Assembly (NCBI GenBank): GCA_963745035.1
Contig: CAVUVW010000014.1
Coordinates: 994,754 to 1,058,753, forward strand
Reading direction: 5' to 3'
DNA: 64,000 bases
Source: an uncultured delta proteobacterium
GTDB taxonomy: Bacteria; Desulfobacterota; Binatia; UBA9968
A program made the translations under genes and the position numbers. The stretch's first letter is position 1. Every line of letters starts with the position of its first letter. Positions 50,819 through 61,053 of this stretch are shown here, one piece after another. Below the pieces are notes generated by a model, which saw only the letters and a program-made list of their open reading frames with translations, was not told the origin of the DNA and made no database searches.

Positions 50819-51283
50819 TCAACGCTCCTCATCGCCCTGTTCGGGCCCTGGCCCGACGATTTCCAAGTTATACTTCGGCGCGAGCGCCATAATCTTGTCC
50901 AGGTCAGTCGGCCCTGCGATTTCCTCAAAGAACTTCTCGAAGCCCGCTGGAGAAATGATGACCAATACCTTGGCCGACGCCGTCCCCGCTTTCGAGAACG
51001 TGTGGACGGTGCCACGGGGGACGAGCACAAACGCCCCGGCCGTCACTGTGGCGGTCCGTTCTCCGACCAGAACGTTGAGTTCCCCGTCGAGCACGTAGAA
51101 GGCTTCTTCCTCCGTGGTATGAATGTGCGGGGAAGGCCCATCGCCTACTACCGTGTGCTCGATGAGCGCATACGCGCCGCGGGTATCTTCTTTGGCAGCC
51201 TTATAGGTGTACGGGGCGCCTAACACCGAGATGGTTTTGCCCTCACCAGCACCGAGTACAATTCCGCCATCACGAAATGACAT
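50819..51283 (-). CDS. Cupin domain protein (cassette-borne)
   Basis: PHIH..EEAFYVLDG, VPRGTVH, SPAGFE; AGGAGG RBS; extended -10 TGGTATAGT at 51332-51340. Confidence 0.9.
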   Translation of the reverse strand: MSFRDGGIVLGAGEGKTISVLGAPYTYKAAKEDTRGAYALIEHTVVGDGPSPHIHTTEEEAFYVLDGELNVLVGERTATVTAGAFVLVPRGTVHTFSKAGTASAKVLVIISPAGFEKFFEEIAGPTDLDKIMALAPKYNLEIVGPGPEQGDEER

Positions 51284-51429
51284 GTTTGCCTCCTTGAGGT
51301 CAGCGAACTTCGATACGATCGCCGCAGCGAGACTATACCACAGGCCCTTGCAGTATCGATGATCGCGTTCGCGATCGGCCGCCGAACGTCCGATATGAGG
51401 GATTAGTGCCACTCTTGGACGCCATGCTC

Positions 51430-53019
51430 TTAGCGCGAAGATATAGACGGCCCAGAGCTGAGAGCTACAGCTATACAGCCAATACCAGAAAGGCTATGAA
51501 GGATCTCGCCAGAGCCGCGAATGGGCAACCAAACCTCCATACCCTCGAATACACATGTGAGCCGGTAAGTTCTCTTCAGGGCTCCCCACATCCTGTCGTC
51601 CCACTTCCGAAGACCACGGTAGCGGTCACTCTCGTGGTCCTCGGCCTCTCCTTTCCGAATGACAATGAGATCGTACATGCCCGCGTTTATTTGAGTTACA
51701 ACAGGCCCGGAGTTCCATCGGCCTCGGAGTTCGAGAACCGAATTCAAATATGGGTCGGGAATCTCCGGGGTCATGCTGTGAACTGTCACGTCTGGAAGGG
51801 TCGACAGCAACCTTCGCCCGGACACCGTGGACACGAAAGACTCCCACTTCGTCTTGCGAACTTGATAGTCGCTAACATTCGCATAACTACTTCTCAGATA
51901 CTCAAGTTCTTGCCGCAACATCGGCACAAACGCCTGCAGGAGCAATACAAAGAGCATCGCTATGACCAGTATCGGAGTGCGATTTGCCTTCCGTTGAAGT
52001 TCGCACAGTCCCGGCCCAGCCAGGACTGCCGAGGCCACTAATGGTTCCCAGAAGTAGTTTATGTTGCCTCCCACTTGCGGAATAGTGAGACTCGCCACGA
52101 GCCACGCGACAATACAGTAAATGACAAAGAGGAGCCGTTCAGGAGCACGTTTCCATAGAGCTAAGAAACCACCTATAATAGCGAGAGGCACCACTGGTTG
52201 AGACGCGGCGTTCCAAAGTATGGATAACGCCCCTGGGAATTCAAGAACCGGGTGCCGAAGAGCCGCGATGTGTTTCAGCATCAGAGGCTCACGCCACCAC
52301 ACAATTGCATATCCACCGACAACGGTCAGCGCAACGCCTGTAGCCCAGAGGACAGCCTCCTTGTATCGCCGCTGGTAGAGAAGCCAGCTAACAATAGCGA
52401 TCGGCACGGAGAAGAATGTCGGCTTAACGAGAAGTGCAATCCCGGCGCAGAATGCGGCACCGATCGCCTGCGGGCGCGCATTCGTGAGGAGGAACCAGTA
52501 AACACTCAAAAGCGACAATGCAAGTGCTAGGAAATCGCCTCGAATCTGAGTTGTCCAGAAAGCTAGCGGATGCGCAGACACGGCGAATAGGGCGCAAAGC
52601 CACGCGATCGGGCGCGAGCCGTACAGTCGTCTGCTGATCAGGAATATGAGTAAAACGCACAGGCACAGCGCGCACACTATAACGAGTCGCACCAGCACCT
52701 GAGGAGTGATGCCAACGGCTTGCGCCAACCTATAAGGAACTGTAAGCAGGACATAAGTCAATGGCCCGTAAATAGTAACTAGATATGGAGGGCGATCGCT
52801 GTCAGGATAGATATGACCAGAACGGATGACTTGCTCAATTCTAAGCAGAGTGGCGCTGTCCGGATAATCCACGTCCCTAAAGTTCGCCAGCCCGAGAGCC
52901 GTGCCAACTGCTGTACACAAGGCACCTGCCAGCAAGAGGGCAACCACCGATCCACCCAATAGCGACTTTCGCCGCAGTGCTTTAACCACGCGCCCAACAG
53001 TCCACGCTTCATGCCGCAT
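51430..53019 (-). CDS. Polytopic membrane glycosyltransferase (GT-C, ArnT/PMT-like)
   Basis: YGPL, R.D, LVKP motifs, many TMs; atypical codon usage. Confidence 0.65.
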   Translation of the reverse strand: MRHEAWTVGRVVKALRRKSLLGGSVVALLLAGALCTAVGTALGLANFRDVDYPDSATLLRIEQVIRSGHIYPDSDRPPYLVTIYGPLTYVLLTVPYRLAQAVGITPQVLVRLVIVCALCLCVLLIFLISRRLYGSRPIAWLCALFAVSAHPLAFWTTQIRGDFLALALSLLSVYWFLLTNARPQAIGAAFCAGIALLVKPTFFSVPIAIVSWLLYQRRYKEAVLWATGVALTVVGGYAIVWWREPLMLKHIAALRHPVLEFPGALSILWNAASQPVVPLAIIGGFLALWKRAPERLLFVIYCIVAWLVASLTIPQVGGNINYFWEPLVASAVLAGPGLCELQRKANRTPILVIAMLFVLLLQAFVPMLRQELEYLRSSYANVSDYQVRKTKWESFVSTVSGRRLLSTLPDVTVHSMTPEIPDPYLNSVLELRGRWNSGPVVTQINAGMYDLIVIRKGEAEDHESDRYRGLRKWDDRMWGALKRTYRLTCVFEGMEVWLPIRGSGEILHSLSGIGCIAVALSSGPSISSR

Positions 53020-53156
53020 GTCGCCACACTGCTAACAATTGACTCCTCCCGATTGATACCCGAGGACCGAAGTGAGTTGTCGTGAAATCGGAAGGTTTTC
53101 TCATCGCCACTTAAACCTAAACGCGCGTAAATCGGAACATGTACTTTGCATGGCCA

Positions 53157-53465
53157 CTATAACCTGGTAGCTGCCGATTCTGGGCCTTTTGGAATCGTCT
53201 CTTCAACCTCGGCTGCAGAGTCGACGCGAAAACAGAAGTCATGGAGGCCCGGAGAATATGGCTCATGTTTGGACACGACGCGGGCGGGACGTAGGACAAA
53301 GCCAAAGTGCCGGCAGGCATATTGGATATGCGGCTCGTCACTTAGCGCAAATGCGTTCTTACGAAAGCCGAGCGCGTGGACCAGAACGAGATCGGAGAAC
53401 CGCTCGGACACTGCAAGATCGGATACCGCTATGTAGATGTGATCGATCCCAGTGACTTCAATCAT
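53157..53465 (-). CDS. VOC family protein, probably decayed/truncated (first cassette position)
   Basis: GIDHIYIAVSDL..SERF, PGLHDFCFRV; no DPDG end; AGGAG RBS just after GTTAGCC. Confidence 0.65.
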   Translation of the reverse strand: MIEVTGIDHIYIAVSDLAVSERFSDLVLVHALGFRKNAFALSDEPHIQYACRHFGFVLRPARVVSKHEPYSPGLHDFCFRVDSAAEVEETIPKGPESAATRL

Positions 53466-53491
53466 GCGCTTCTCCTGTGCGTTGCTCAGCG

Positions 53492-53640
53492 GGCTAACTA
53501 TTAAATGAGCCGCCATAGGCGCAGACAATCACGAATTTGCTTATTCCAACGACGGCTTGGACAATAGAAGTTCAAATCGTGCAATATTCATCAGCTAACC
53601 CGGGTGTTGTCAACGTCGCGATTTTCCTGGATAGCCCGTA
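53492..53640 (-). promoter_or_regulatory. attI-like leader A with TTGACA promoter candidate
   Basis: Homologous to 63111-63260; similarity stops at core GTTAGCC (53498); TTGACA at 53608-53613. Confidence 0.55.
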
Positions 53641-53828
53641 AAAATTTTGACGGCAGATTTTGGCTGTTGACCATGGTCAGTTGTTACTCTTCAATTTTGC
53701 TGAACGATGCCCCCAATCAATCACAGCTGAGGTTCGTTCCGGTTTTGATCCGCTGGGTGACGGTTGACTTATGATTTAATCTGCGGCTACTTGATGGGCC
53801 GATAGCGGGTTATTTTCGGAGGAGTCGA

Positions 53829-54584
53829 ATGGCAGGAGCTTCGCAGTTGAGGTCGGAGTGGGTGGAGTATTCGAGCGGGGGCGCAGCGATACGCGCCTAT
53901 TTCAGTGTGCCGCAGGGAAGAGGACCGTGGCCGGGCGTCGTCATGATCCACGAGAATCCGGGCGTTACCGAGCATCGCATGGACGTGACGCGCAGGTTGG
54001 CGGCGGCCGGGTACGCGACGATTACTCCGGACTTATTTTCCCGCGTCGGCGGCAAACCGCCCAGCGGCGCGTCGGACGTCGAACGGCGGCAGAAGATCGA
54101 TATCGCACTGCCCGACGATCAGGTCTTCAACGATTTGATGAACGGTTACGGGTACCTCAAGAGTCGCCCCGAGACGATCGCCGACCGCATCGCGCTTTAC
54201 GGTATCTGCATGGGTGGGGGTAAAGGTTTCAACACGGTTTGCCGCACCGACGTGTTTCGCTGCTTCGTCGATTTCTACGGGCCGATCATCGTCAAGGCGG
54301 AAGTTACACCGGACGGCAAGGAGCGTTCCTATTTGCCTATGGCGCCGGCGCTCTCTTGTCCAATGCAGTACCACGTCGGCGATCAAGACGTTGTGTGCCC
54401 GCCGGGCCATGTCGCGCAATTGCGAACTTTACTTCAACGCCATAATAAGCAAGCCGAGTTCTTCGTCTATCCGGCCGCCGAGCATGCCTTCCACGACGAT
54501 TCGGCACGGCGTTATGCGCCGGAGAGCGCGGAGCTTGCCTGGAGCCGGGCGCTCAAATTTTTTGACGCGCACCTTAAGGCTTGA
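53829..54584 (+). CDS. Dienelactone hydrolase family
   Basis: IHE..G, GICMGG nucleophile, D and HAF triad. Confidence 0.9.
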   Translation: MAGASQLRSEWVEYSSGGAAIRAYFSVPQGRGPWPGVVMIHENPGVTEHRMDVTRRLAAAGYATITPDLFSRVGGKPPSGASDVERRQKIDIALPDDQVFNDLMNGYGYLKSRPETIADRIALYGICMGGGKGFNTVCRTDVFRCFVDFYGPIIVKAEVTPDGKERSYLPMAPALSCPMQYHVGDQDVVCPPGHVAQLRTLLQRHNKQAEFFVYPAAEHAFHDDSARRYAPESAELAWSRALKFFDAHLKA

Positions 54585-54608
54585 ACCGGTTTTTCCCTAA
54601 CAGGAGGA

Positions 54609-55604
54609 ATGATGAGGATGGTATCCATACGCGCTTTGCTGGCGCTCACTGTGCTTAGCTTCCTTTTTCCGAACGCTTCGGCGCTCGCCGCTGCTGCCGG
54701 CCAGCCGCCCATGCGCATCGCCTTGACGGCCTACTCGTCGTCCAACTGGCAGATCTTCGCGGCGGTAAAGCGCGGCTTTTTCAAGCGTGAGAACCTCAAC
54801 GTCGAAGTGATCATGCTGCGCTCGAGCGTGCTCCAGACCCAGGCGCTGCTTGCCAACGATATACACATGAACACCTACTCGATCGACTCGGCGGCAAAGC
54901 CGGTACTGCAAGGCGCGCCGATCAAATTGATTGGCACGGGGCAGGAAAAGCCTAGTTTTCGCGCGATTGTTTCAAAAGATATTCGTAACTGGAACGATCT
55001 CAAGGGCAAAACGCTGGCAGCGGGCAGTCCGGGCGGCGCCTTCTACACCATGTTCGCCAGCATGATGGCGGTCAACGGCATCAAAAAGTCGGATTACACT
55101 TACCTGAGCATCGGACGCTCCACCGACCGCATCGGCGCCATGCGGGCTGGGCAGATTCAGGGCTGCCTGATCGGCCAGCCGGACGATTTCGTGCTGCTGG
55201 ATGACGGCTTCAAGAGCCTCGGCTTTACCCAAGACTATCTCAAAGACGTGCAGTACGCCGGCTTCGCGGTGAATGGCAAGTGGGCGGAGAAAAACGAAGA
55301 GACGCTGGTGGCGACCATGCGCGCGTTGGTGCGGGCGACGCGCTGGCTGCACGACCCGGCCAATAAGAAAGAAGCCTTGGCGGTTCTGCTCGATTACTTT
55401 CCCAACTGGAAGCCGAGCTGGCAGGAGCAGACCTACGATATGCTCATACGCCAGAAAATGATGTCGACCGACGCGCGGCCGAACATGAAAGGCATCGAGA
55501 ACTTTCTCAAGCTCGCCGTGGACCACGGCGGCCTATCCGCAGTGCCGCCGCTGGAAACCTGGGTCGATCGCAGCTACGTCGAGAAAGCGAGCCGATCGTT
55601 ATGA
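54609..55604 (+). CDS. ABC substrate-binding protein (NMT1-like)
   Basis: Signal peptide, GFFKRENL, DLKGKTLA. Confidence 0.88.
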   Translation: MMRMVSIRALLALTVLSFLFPNASALAAAAGQPPMRIALTAYSSSNWQIFAAVKRGFFKRENLNVEVIMLRSSVLQTQALLANDIHMNTYSIDSAAKPVLQGAPIKLIGTGQEKPSFRAIVSKDIRNWNDLKGKTLAAGSPGGAFYTMFASMMAVNGIKKSDYTYLSIGRSTDRIGAMRAGQIQGCLIGQPDDFVLLDDGFKSLGFTQDYLKDVQYAGFAVNGKWAEKNEETLVATMRALVRATRWLHDPANKKEALAVLLDYFPNWKPSWQEQTYDMLIRQKMMSTDARPNMKGIENFLKLAVDHGGLSAVPPLETWVDRSYVEKASRSL

Positions 55605-55781
55605 TCCACGAAGTTAGCTTGCTACTCTCAAATTTGTGAGACGGCAAATCCCGAGTTCCTTCCCCCTTCACGGGGGAAGGTTAGAATAGGGGTGATTCAC
55701 TGCCTTGCAAGAAACCTTTCATCGAGGGAAAAAATTCACACCAAAGTTCTACGATGAAGCACATGCTCTTATTGATAGCGC

Positions 55782-56561
55782 TTATGATCCCAACGGAAGT
55801 TTTCCTGCCCGAATATCCGCAGCATAGTTTGTAATAGCTTCGAGGACGACCTTCGCCACGTTGGCGTAGCGCGGAATGGAGTCGCTGAGCGCGCCGGCGC
55901 CCAGTCCGACGGTGCGAAATAGCGTTCTGATCTGCCCGTCCGAGCTGCCGTCATTGCCGAGGCCGCACATGACGGGAATTTTTACCGCCTGCGTCACCGG
56001 TCCGGTCGCTGCGCCGCCCCAGGTCAAGTCCAGGATCGAAGCGCCGGCCTGCTCCAGCGCTTTCGCGGTTTCGACGAGTTTGTCCGTGCTGATCGTCGCT
56101 CCCGACTCCCACCCGCCCAGGTGCGCCGAGGTCTGCGGTGTGAGACCAAACTGCGCGAATACTGGAATGCCGGCGCGGGCGATGGCCGCGACGATGTCCG
56201 TTTGCGCCGCGGTGACTTCAAGCTTTACGCAGTCGGCGCCGGCTTCCTTGACCAGCCGCACCGCGTTGCGCACGGCGTCTTCGGCGCTCACCTGGTACGA
56301 GCCGAACGGCAAGTCGCAGGAGAAAAGAGCGTTCTTGACGCCGCGGCGCACCCCTTTGGCGAGCATTAAGATTTCATCCAGCGTCACGGCTTCCTGGTTT
56401 TCCTGGCCAAGCAGGTTGTGGCCGCAGGAATCGCCGAGCGAAACGATGTCTGCGCCGGCGCGGTCGGCGATCAGCGCGGATTGGTGTTCGTAGACGACAA
56501 CGCCGACGATTTTTTTGCCTTCGCGCTTCATCTGCGCCAGTTTCGGAATGGTGACAGCCAT
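55782..56561 (-). CDS. PanB-like (ketopantoate hydroxymethyltransferase family) protein 1
   Basis: GDS, DLPFGSY, VKLE, GLTPQ; divergent active site. Confidence 0.75.
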   Translation of the reverse strand: MAVTIPKLAQMKREGKKIVGVVVYEHQSALIADRAGADIVSLGDSCGHNLLGQENQEAVTLDEILMLAKGVRRGVKNALFSCDLPFGSYQVSAEDAVRNAVRLVKEAGADCVKLEVTAAQTDIVAAIARAGIPVFAQFGLTPQTSAHLGGWESGATISTDKLVETAKALEQAGASILDLTWGGAATGPVTQAVKIPVMCGLGNDGSSDGQIRTLFRTVGLGAGALSDSIPRYANVAKVVLEAITNYAADIRAGKLPLGS

Positions 56562-56604
56562 GACGTGTGCCTTTCTCTTATGTATTGAGGGCGGGAAATC
56601 GCCT

Positions 56605-57393
56605 CTAACGGTCTCGTCCTTTGCCTAGGTTGCCTGCCTTGACGTCCGCGGCGTACGCGTTGACCGCATCGAGCAGCGCCCGCGCGAGATTGGCGTAGCG
56701 CGGGGTGTCGTCGTCGAGCGCGGAAACGGTCCAGCCCGCGAGCCGATTGACCTGGAGAAATTGTCCGTCGCCGTCGGCGCTCGTACCGCGGCCGCCCAGA
56801 ACCGGGATCTTGACGGCATCGACCACGCGCCGGGTGGCTGCGCCGCCCATGGTCAGATCCAAAGCGAAGGCGCCGGCTTGCTCCAGCGAGCGCGCGAGAT
56901 CGATCAGCTCATCATCCGAGATCTTGCGGCGCGCTTCTTCGAAACCGCCAAGCCGCGCCTGGAGCTGGGGCGTTGCGCCGATATGCGCCATCACCGGGAC
57001 GCCGGCGCGCGAGATCGCCGCGACGGCGGCGATGCTCCCGCGATCGCTTTCGATCTTGACGCCGTCGGCGCCGCCTTCCTTCACCAGGCGAATGGAATTG
57101 CTCACGCTGTCTTCGACGCTGGCGGAACAGGCGCCGAAAGGCAGGTCGACCAGAAGAAAAGGCCGCTTAATAGCGCGGCGCGCGCCGCGGCAGAGCAGCA
57201 ACAGCTCTTCCGTCGTGGTTTCCCTGGGCGAGCGGTGGCCGAAGATGTTGACGCCGGCCGAATCGGCGATCAGAACGATGTCGACCGCCGAACGGTCGAT
57301 AATTTCAAGCGAACGAAAGTCTGCCGCGAGCACGGCGGCGATCTTGCGGCCGTCCCGCTTCATTTGCTGGAGAACCGGCACGGTGACTCTCAT
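56605..57393 (-). CDS. PanB-like protein 2
   Basis: ADS, DLPFG, VKIE, HIGATPQ. Confidence 0.75.
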   Translation of the reverse strand: MRVTVPVLQQMKRDGRKIAAVLAADFRSLEIIDRSAVDIVLIADSAGVNIFGHRSPRETTTEELLLLCRGARRAIKRPFLLVDLPFGACSASVEDSVSNSIRLVKEGGADGVKIESDRGSIAAVAAISRAGVPVMAHIGATPQLQARLGGFEEARRKISDDELIDLARSLEQAGAFALDLTMGGAATRRVVDAVKIPVLGGRGTSADGDGQFLQVNRLAGWTVSALDDDTPRYANLARALLDAVNAYAADVKAGNLGKGRDR

Positions 57394-57434
57394 CGGGTTT
57401 ACCGGGTAGGATGACTGCGAGGCGCGATTGCCTC

Positions 57435-57704
57435 TCAGGGATTCACTTTCGCTGGAAAATGCGGACTGTGGGTGAAGATTTTCTCATGCTCGATGCCGAA
57501 GACTCGGGTGTATTGCCGGATCAAGATCGGATGAACTTCCATCTTGCGCAGCGCCCACGCGTCGACTTCTTTGAGAATGCGTTTTTCGTCATCGGTCAGC
57601 GGATAGCGATTCAGTACGCTGTCTTGATCGGCTTTGAAGTGTTTTTTTAGCGGCGGGTTGCGATCGAGCTCCCAAATGAATTTCTGAATTTGATACGCGC
57701 TCAT
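57435..57704 (-). CDS. LigA-like small subunit of extradiol dioxygenase
   Basis: YQIQKFIWEL, F..D..VL.RY.LTDDE, VHP. Confidence 0.7.
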   Translation of the reverse strand: MSAYQIQKFIWELDRNPPLKKHFKADQDSVLNRYPLTDDEKRILKEVDAWALRKMEVHPILIRQYTRVFGIEHEKIFTHSPHFPAKVNP

Positions 57705-57718
57705 ATTGATCTCGCGGG

Positions 57719-58567
57719 TCAGATCTTCGCTGTCTCGGTGTTCATCCGCAGCAGGCCGGCGCCCGTGCCCCAGCCTTTCATCGCTTCGTAGAGCATCACC
57801 TCGCCGGTGGCCCCCGCGACCGTGCCGGCCATGGCGAGCCACATGCGGATTTCATTCATGCCGTTGCCGCCCTGGGTATCGATGAACTCCTGAGTCCAAT
57901 GATCAATGATTTCATCGACGCGGTTGCTCGCCAGCAGATCGAGAAATTGGCGATCGAGTTCGGGATTGATGAAACCGTACTCCGGCACGCCGACGGTGTG
58001 CGACATGCCGCCGGTGCCAAGCACGGCGATGCGCTCATTTTCAGCGCGGCCCTTGAGGATCTCACCGACGGCCCGGCCGAGTTCGTAGCAACGTCGCAGC
58101 GACGGGCGCGGCGGAATGGCCACGTTGAGAACGATCGGCACGATGGGCACATCGTGCTCCGGCGTGAGCCGCTCGATGGGCGAGTAAAACGAATGATCCA
58201 GGCGCAGCTCTTCGGCGGAGTTGAGATCGAAGCCCCGTTCGACGGCCTTGGCAAGGATATCGCGGGCGAGCGCTTGGTGCACTGGGACACGGAAGGTTGC
58301 GGCCACGTCGCCGGACAGCACGCCTTCGTCCCAGGCATCGCAGTCGGCGCCGACACCGATGCAGAAGCGCGGCACGAGATTGTAAAAGAACGATTTGAAA
58401 TGGTCAGAGCCGAAGATGATCAGCGCATCCGGCTTGGCCGCGCGCAGCTCGTCGCGCAGCCGGTCGAAGGCTTGTTTGACGCGCTCACCCTGTTCGCCGG
58501 CGCGCTTGATGCCGATAAGTATCGCGCCCACGTGCGGCACGCCGGCGGCGAAAACGATACGACCCAT
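57719..58567 (-). CDS. LigB-family extradiol ring-cleavage dioxygenase
   Basis: PH, SDHF, LDHS, GTGGMSH, GNG.NEIR.W. Confidence 0.9.
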   Translation of the reverse strand: MGRIVFAAGVPHVGAILIGIKRAGEQGERVKQAFDRLRDELRAAKPDALIIFGSDHFKSFFYNLVPRFCIGVGADCDAWDEGVLSGDVAATFRVPVHQALARDILAKAVERGFDLNSAEELRLDHSFYSPIERLTPEHDVPIVPIVLNVAIPPRPSLRRCYELGRAVGEILKGRAENERIAVLGTGGMSHTVGVPEYGFINPELDRQFLDLLASNRVDEIIDHWTQEFIDTQGGNGMNEIRMWLAMAGTVAGATGEVMLYEAMKGWGTGAGLLRMNTETAKI

Positions 58568-58584
58568 GATCTTCTTACCTGCTT

Positions 58585-59643
58585 CTAACCGGCGATGATC
58601 GCCCGACCTGAGGGAATTTCTTCGTTGACTGAGCGCCACGATCGGCCGCCGTCCGTGCTCTGGTAGACTGCGCCGTGATCGATTGACCCATAGATTTTGT
58701 CCGACATTTTCCCCGGTGCTTCGAATACTCGGGAGACTTCGTCGCCGGCGACGAGCCAGAGATTGTCCGGATTCTCGGGATCGATGGCGAACTCGTAGAG
58801 CATGAGCTTGGTGCCTTTGGCATCGCCCACGTCCATGGTGCTCCAGCTGTCGCCATCATTTTCGGAGAGATAAACCTGCGCGCGCGCTCCTTCCGGATGA
58901 TTGGCCCAGTGAGGCGGCTCGCCGATGCCGGCGGCGAATAAAATGCGCTCCGGCTTCTCGGGATGAAAGCTAAAGTCGTAGCCGAAGCGGCCAAGCCCCG
59001 CGCTCAAATGTTTCCAGGTCTCGCCGCCATCCGCGCTGCGAAAGAAACCTTCGTGGCCGCCGGCGGCATAAACACGCTTTTGATCGCGGGGGTGGAGGCG
59101 CACGGTATGGATGTCGAGATCGAGATTTCTGAAGTCCGTCCAGCTCTTGCCGCCGTCGCTGCTGCGCACCACGCCGCCGACCTGGACCGCGCCGAAGATC
59201 ACATTGCGGTCATACGCGCTCGGCGCCACCGAACGGATATGAGTGCCGACCACCGGCAGGGGATAAAACCATTTCGATGCGCCGGCGCAGCTATTCAAGT
59301 CGCCCAATCTCGTCCAACTTTTTCCACCGTCGGCGGATTTGTAAATCTGCGCCGGTTCACCCCCTGCATACAGTTCGTCGGGGCTGCCGGGGTGATCCTG
59401 AAGGGCGTGCAGTTTGGCCATCTCGGGCGTTCCCGCGCCTTGCCAGGATTGACCCGCGTCGTCGCTGTAAAACGCGCCTTTGCCGTGGGTGGCGGCCCAT
59501 AGGCGATTTCGTTCCCGCTGAAAGATCAGGTCAGAAACTTCCACGCCCTCGAGCGCACGGTGGGCCACGCGCCAGCTATCGTTGCTCGCGCGGCTGAGCG
59601 CGAAGAAGCCCTTTTTTGTGCCAACAAAAAGTGTTTTGGCCAT
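58585..59643 (-). CDS. BNR/Asp-box beta-propeller protein
   Basis: Repeated SxDGGxSW boxes; no signal peptide. Confidence 0.85.
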   Translation of the reverse strand: MAKTLFVGTKKGFFALSRASNDSWRVAHRALEGVEVSDLIFQRERNRLWAATHGKGAFYSDDAGQSWQGAGTPEMAKLHALQDHPGSPDELYAGGEPAQIYKSADGGKSWTRLGDLNSCAGASKWFYPLPVVGTHIRSVAPSAYDRNVIFGAVQVGGVVRSSDGGKSWTDFRNLDLDIHTVRLHPRDQKRVYAAGGHEGFFRSADGGETWKHLSAGLGRFGYDFSFHPEKPERILFAAGIGEPPHWANHPEGARAQVYLSENDGDSWSTMDVGDAKGTKLMLYEFAIDPENPDNLWLVAGDEVSRVFEAPGKMSDKIYGSIDHGAVYQSTDGGRSWRSVNEEIPSGRAIIAG

Positions 59644-59833
59644 GAGTTTGGAAACGGATCTCGTGAAGTTTTTTCCAAGTAGGAAGAGTCGATTGCATTT
59701 AGTATACGAGCCCTATGAGGGAGTCAAGGCGATCATTGCGGCCATCAAGGAATGTTTCACTCGCATTGGCGCTAGTGGTGAAATTTGCTATAGATTGCCA
59801 CCATTCGTCGGAAGAACGAAGCGAGGAAACGTC

Positions 59834-60894
59834 GTGAGAGCAGTGCGATTCTACGAATACGGCGGTCCGGAAGTGTTGAAACTGGAGGAGGTGCCGGCGC
59901 CGTCCCCGGCCGCGGGCGAAGTGTTGCTAAAAGTCTGCGCGACCAGTATTCGGCGCAACGACGCCAACATGCGCGCAGGGCAGGACGGTTATTTTCGTGC
60001 GCAATTGCCGTTTCAATTGGGCCGCGAGTCGAGCGGCCTGGTGACTGCTGTCGGCGCCGGCGTCACGGGTTGGAAAGAGGGCGACGAAGCGATCACGCGC
60101 AACATCACGCCCTGCGGAGTTTGTGACACTTGCCGAGGCGATATGCCGGAGATGTGCCGCAAGCCGCGCTATCAAGGCGTTTCTTCGTGGGGCGGCTACG
60201 CGGACTTCATTACGGTGCCGGCAGCCAGTCTCATTCGCAAACCGGCCGGGCTTCGCCACGATCAAGCCGCCAGTTTTCAGGGCAGCACGCTGACGGCCTG
60301 GCACAATATCATTGCGTTGGGCCGGTTGAAAGCCGGCGAGGTTCTGCTTGTTCCCGGCCGCCAATGGATCCCTCGGCAGCGGTGCCATCGGCATTGCGCG
60401 ACACGCTCGGCGCGCGCAGCATCGCCCTAGTGCGCGGGGCCGAAAAGGCTCGCAGGCTAAAATCTTTCGGCGCGGCGGAAGTGATCGACACGAGCGCCGA
60501 AAACGTGGTCGAGCGAGTCAAAGAACTGACCGGCGGGCGGGGTGTAGATTTGATTTTCGATACAGTGGGAGGGGAGAGCTTCGAGAAGCTTGCGACCACG
60601 ATCAAACCGAACGGCCGGATCGTTGTCCCCGGCAGCGCCGCCGGCGAGGCGCTCACGTTCCGAGTCTCGCCATTGATCTTCAACCAGGCGACCGTTTTGT
60701 TTTCCAAGGGCAGCCGGCCCGATGAATGCGAACAGGTCCTAGCGCTTCACGCCGAGGGAAAATTGCAGGTCGCCATCGGCCATGTTTTCCCGCTGGAACA
60801 GGCTGCGGATGCTCACCGGGTCTTCGAGTCGCGCCAGCAGTTCGGCCGCGTGCTGCTCGACGTAGCGAACATCGGACTCCGCGCCAACGCTTGA
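59834..60894 (+). CDS. Zinc-binding alcohol dehydrogenase/MDR family (frameshift ~60360)
   Basis: GGPEVL, CGVCDTC...C, GVDLIFDTVG, FGRVLL. Confidence 0.88.
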
Positions 60895-61053
60895 GAGCTT
60901 CGGACACAGCTTCGTATTGCCGTTCGAAATTTTTCGCTACCTTGCAGCAATGATCGGCAAGCTTCAAAGACACCCGATCATCTCTGATCTTTGCGTCTTG
61001 GCAGGAAATTCTTCCGAGATTGCTTCCAGCGCGGCGCGCTGGGCGCCCGCGAT

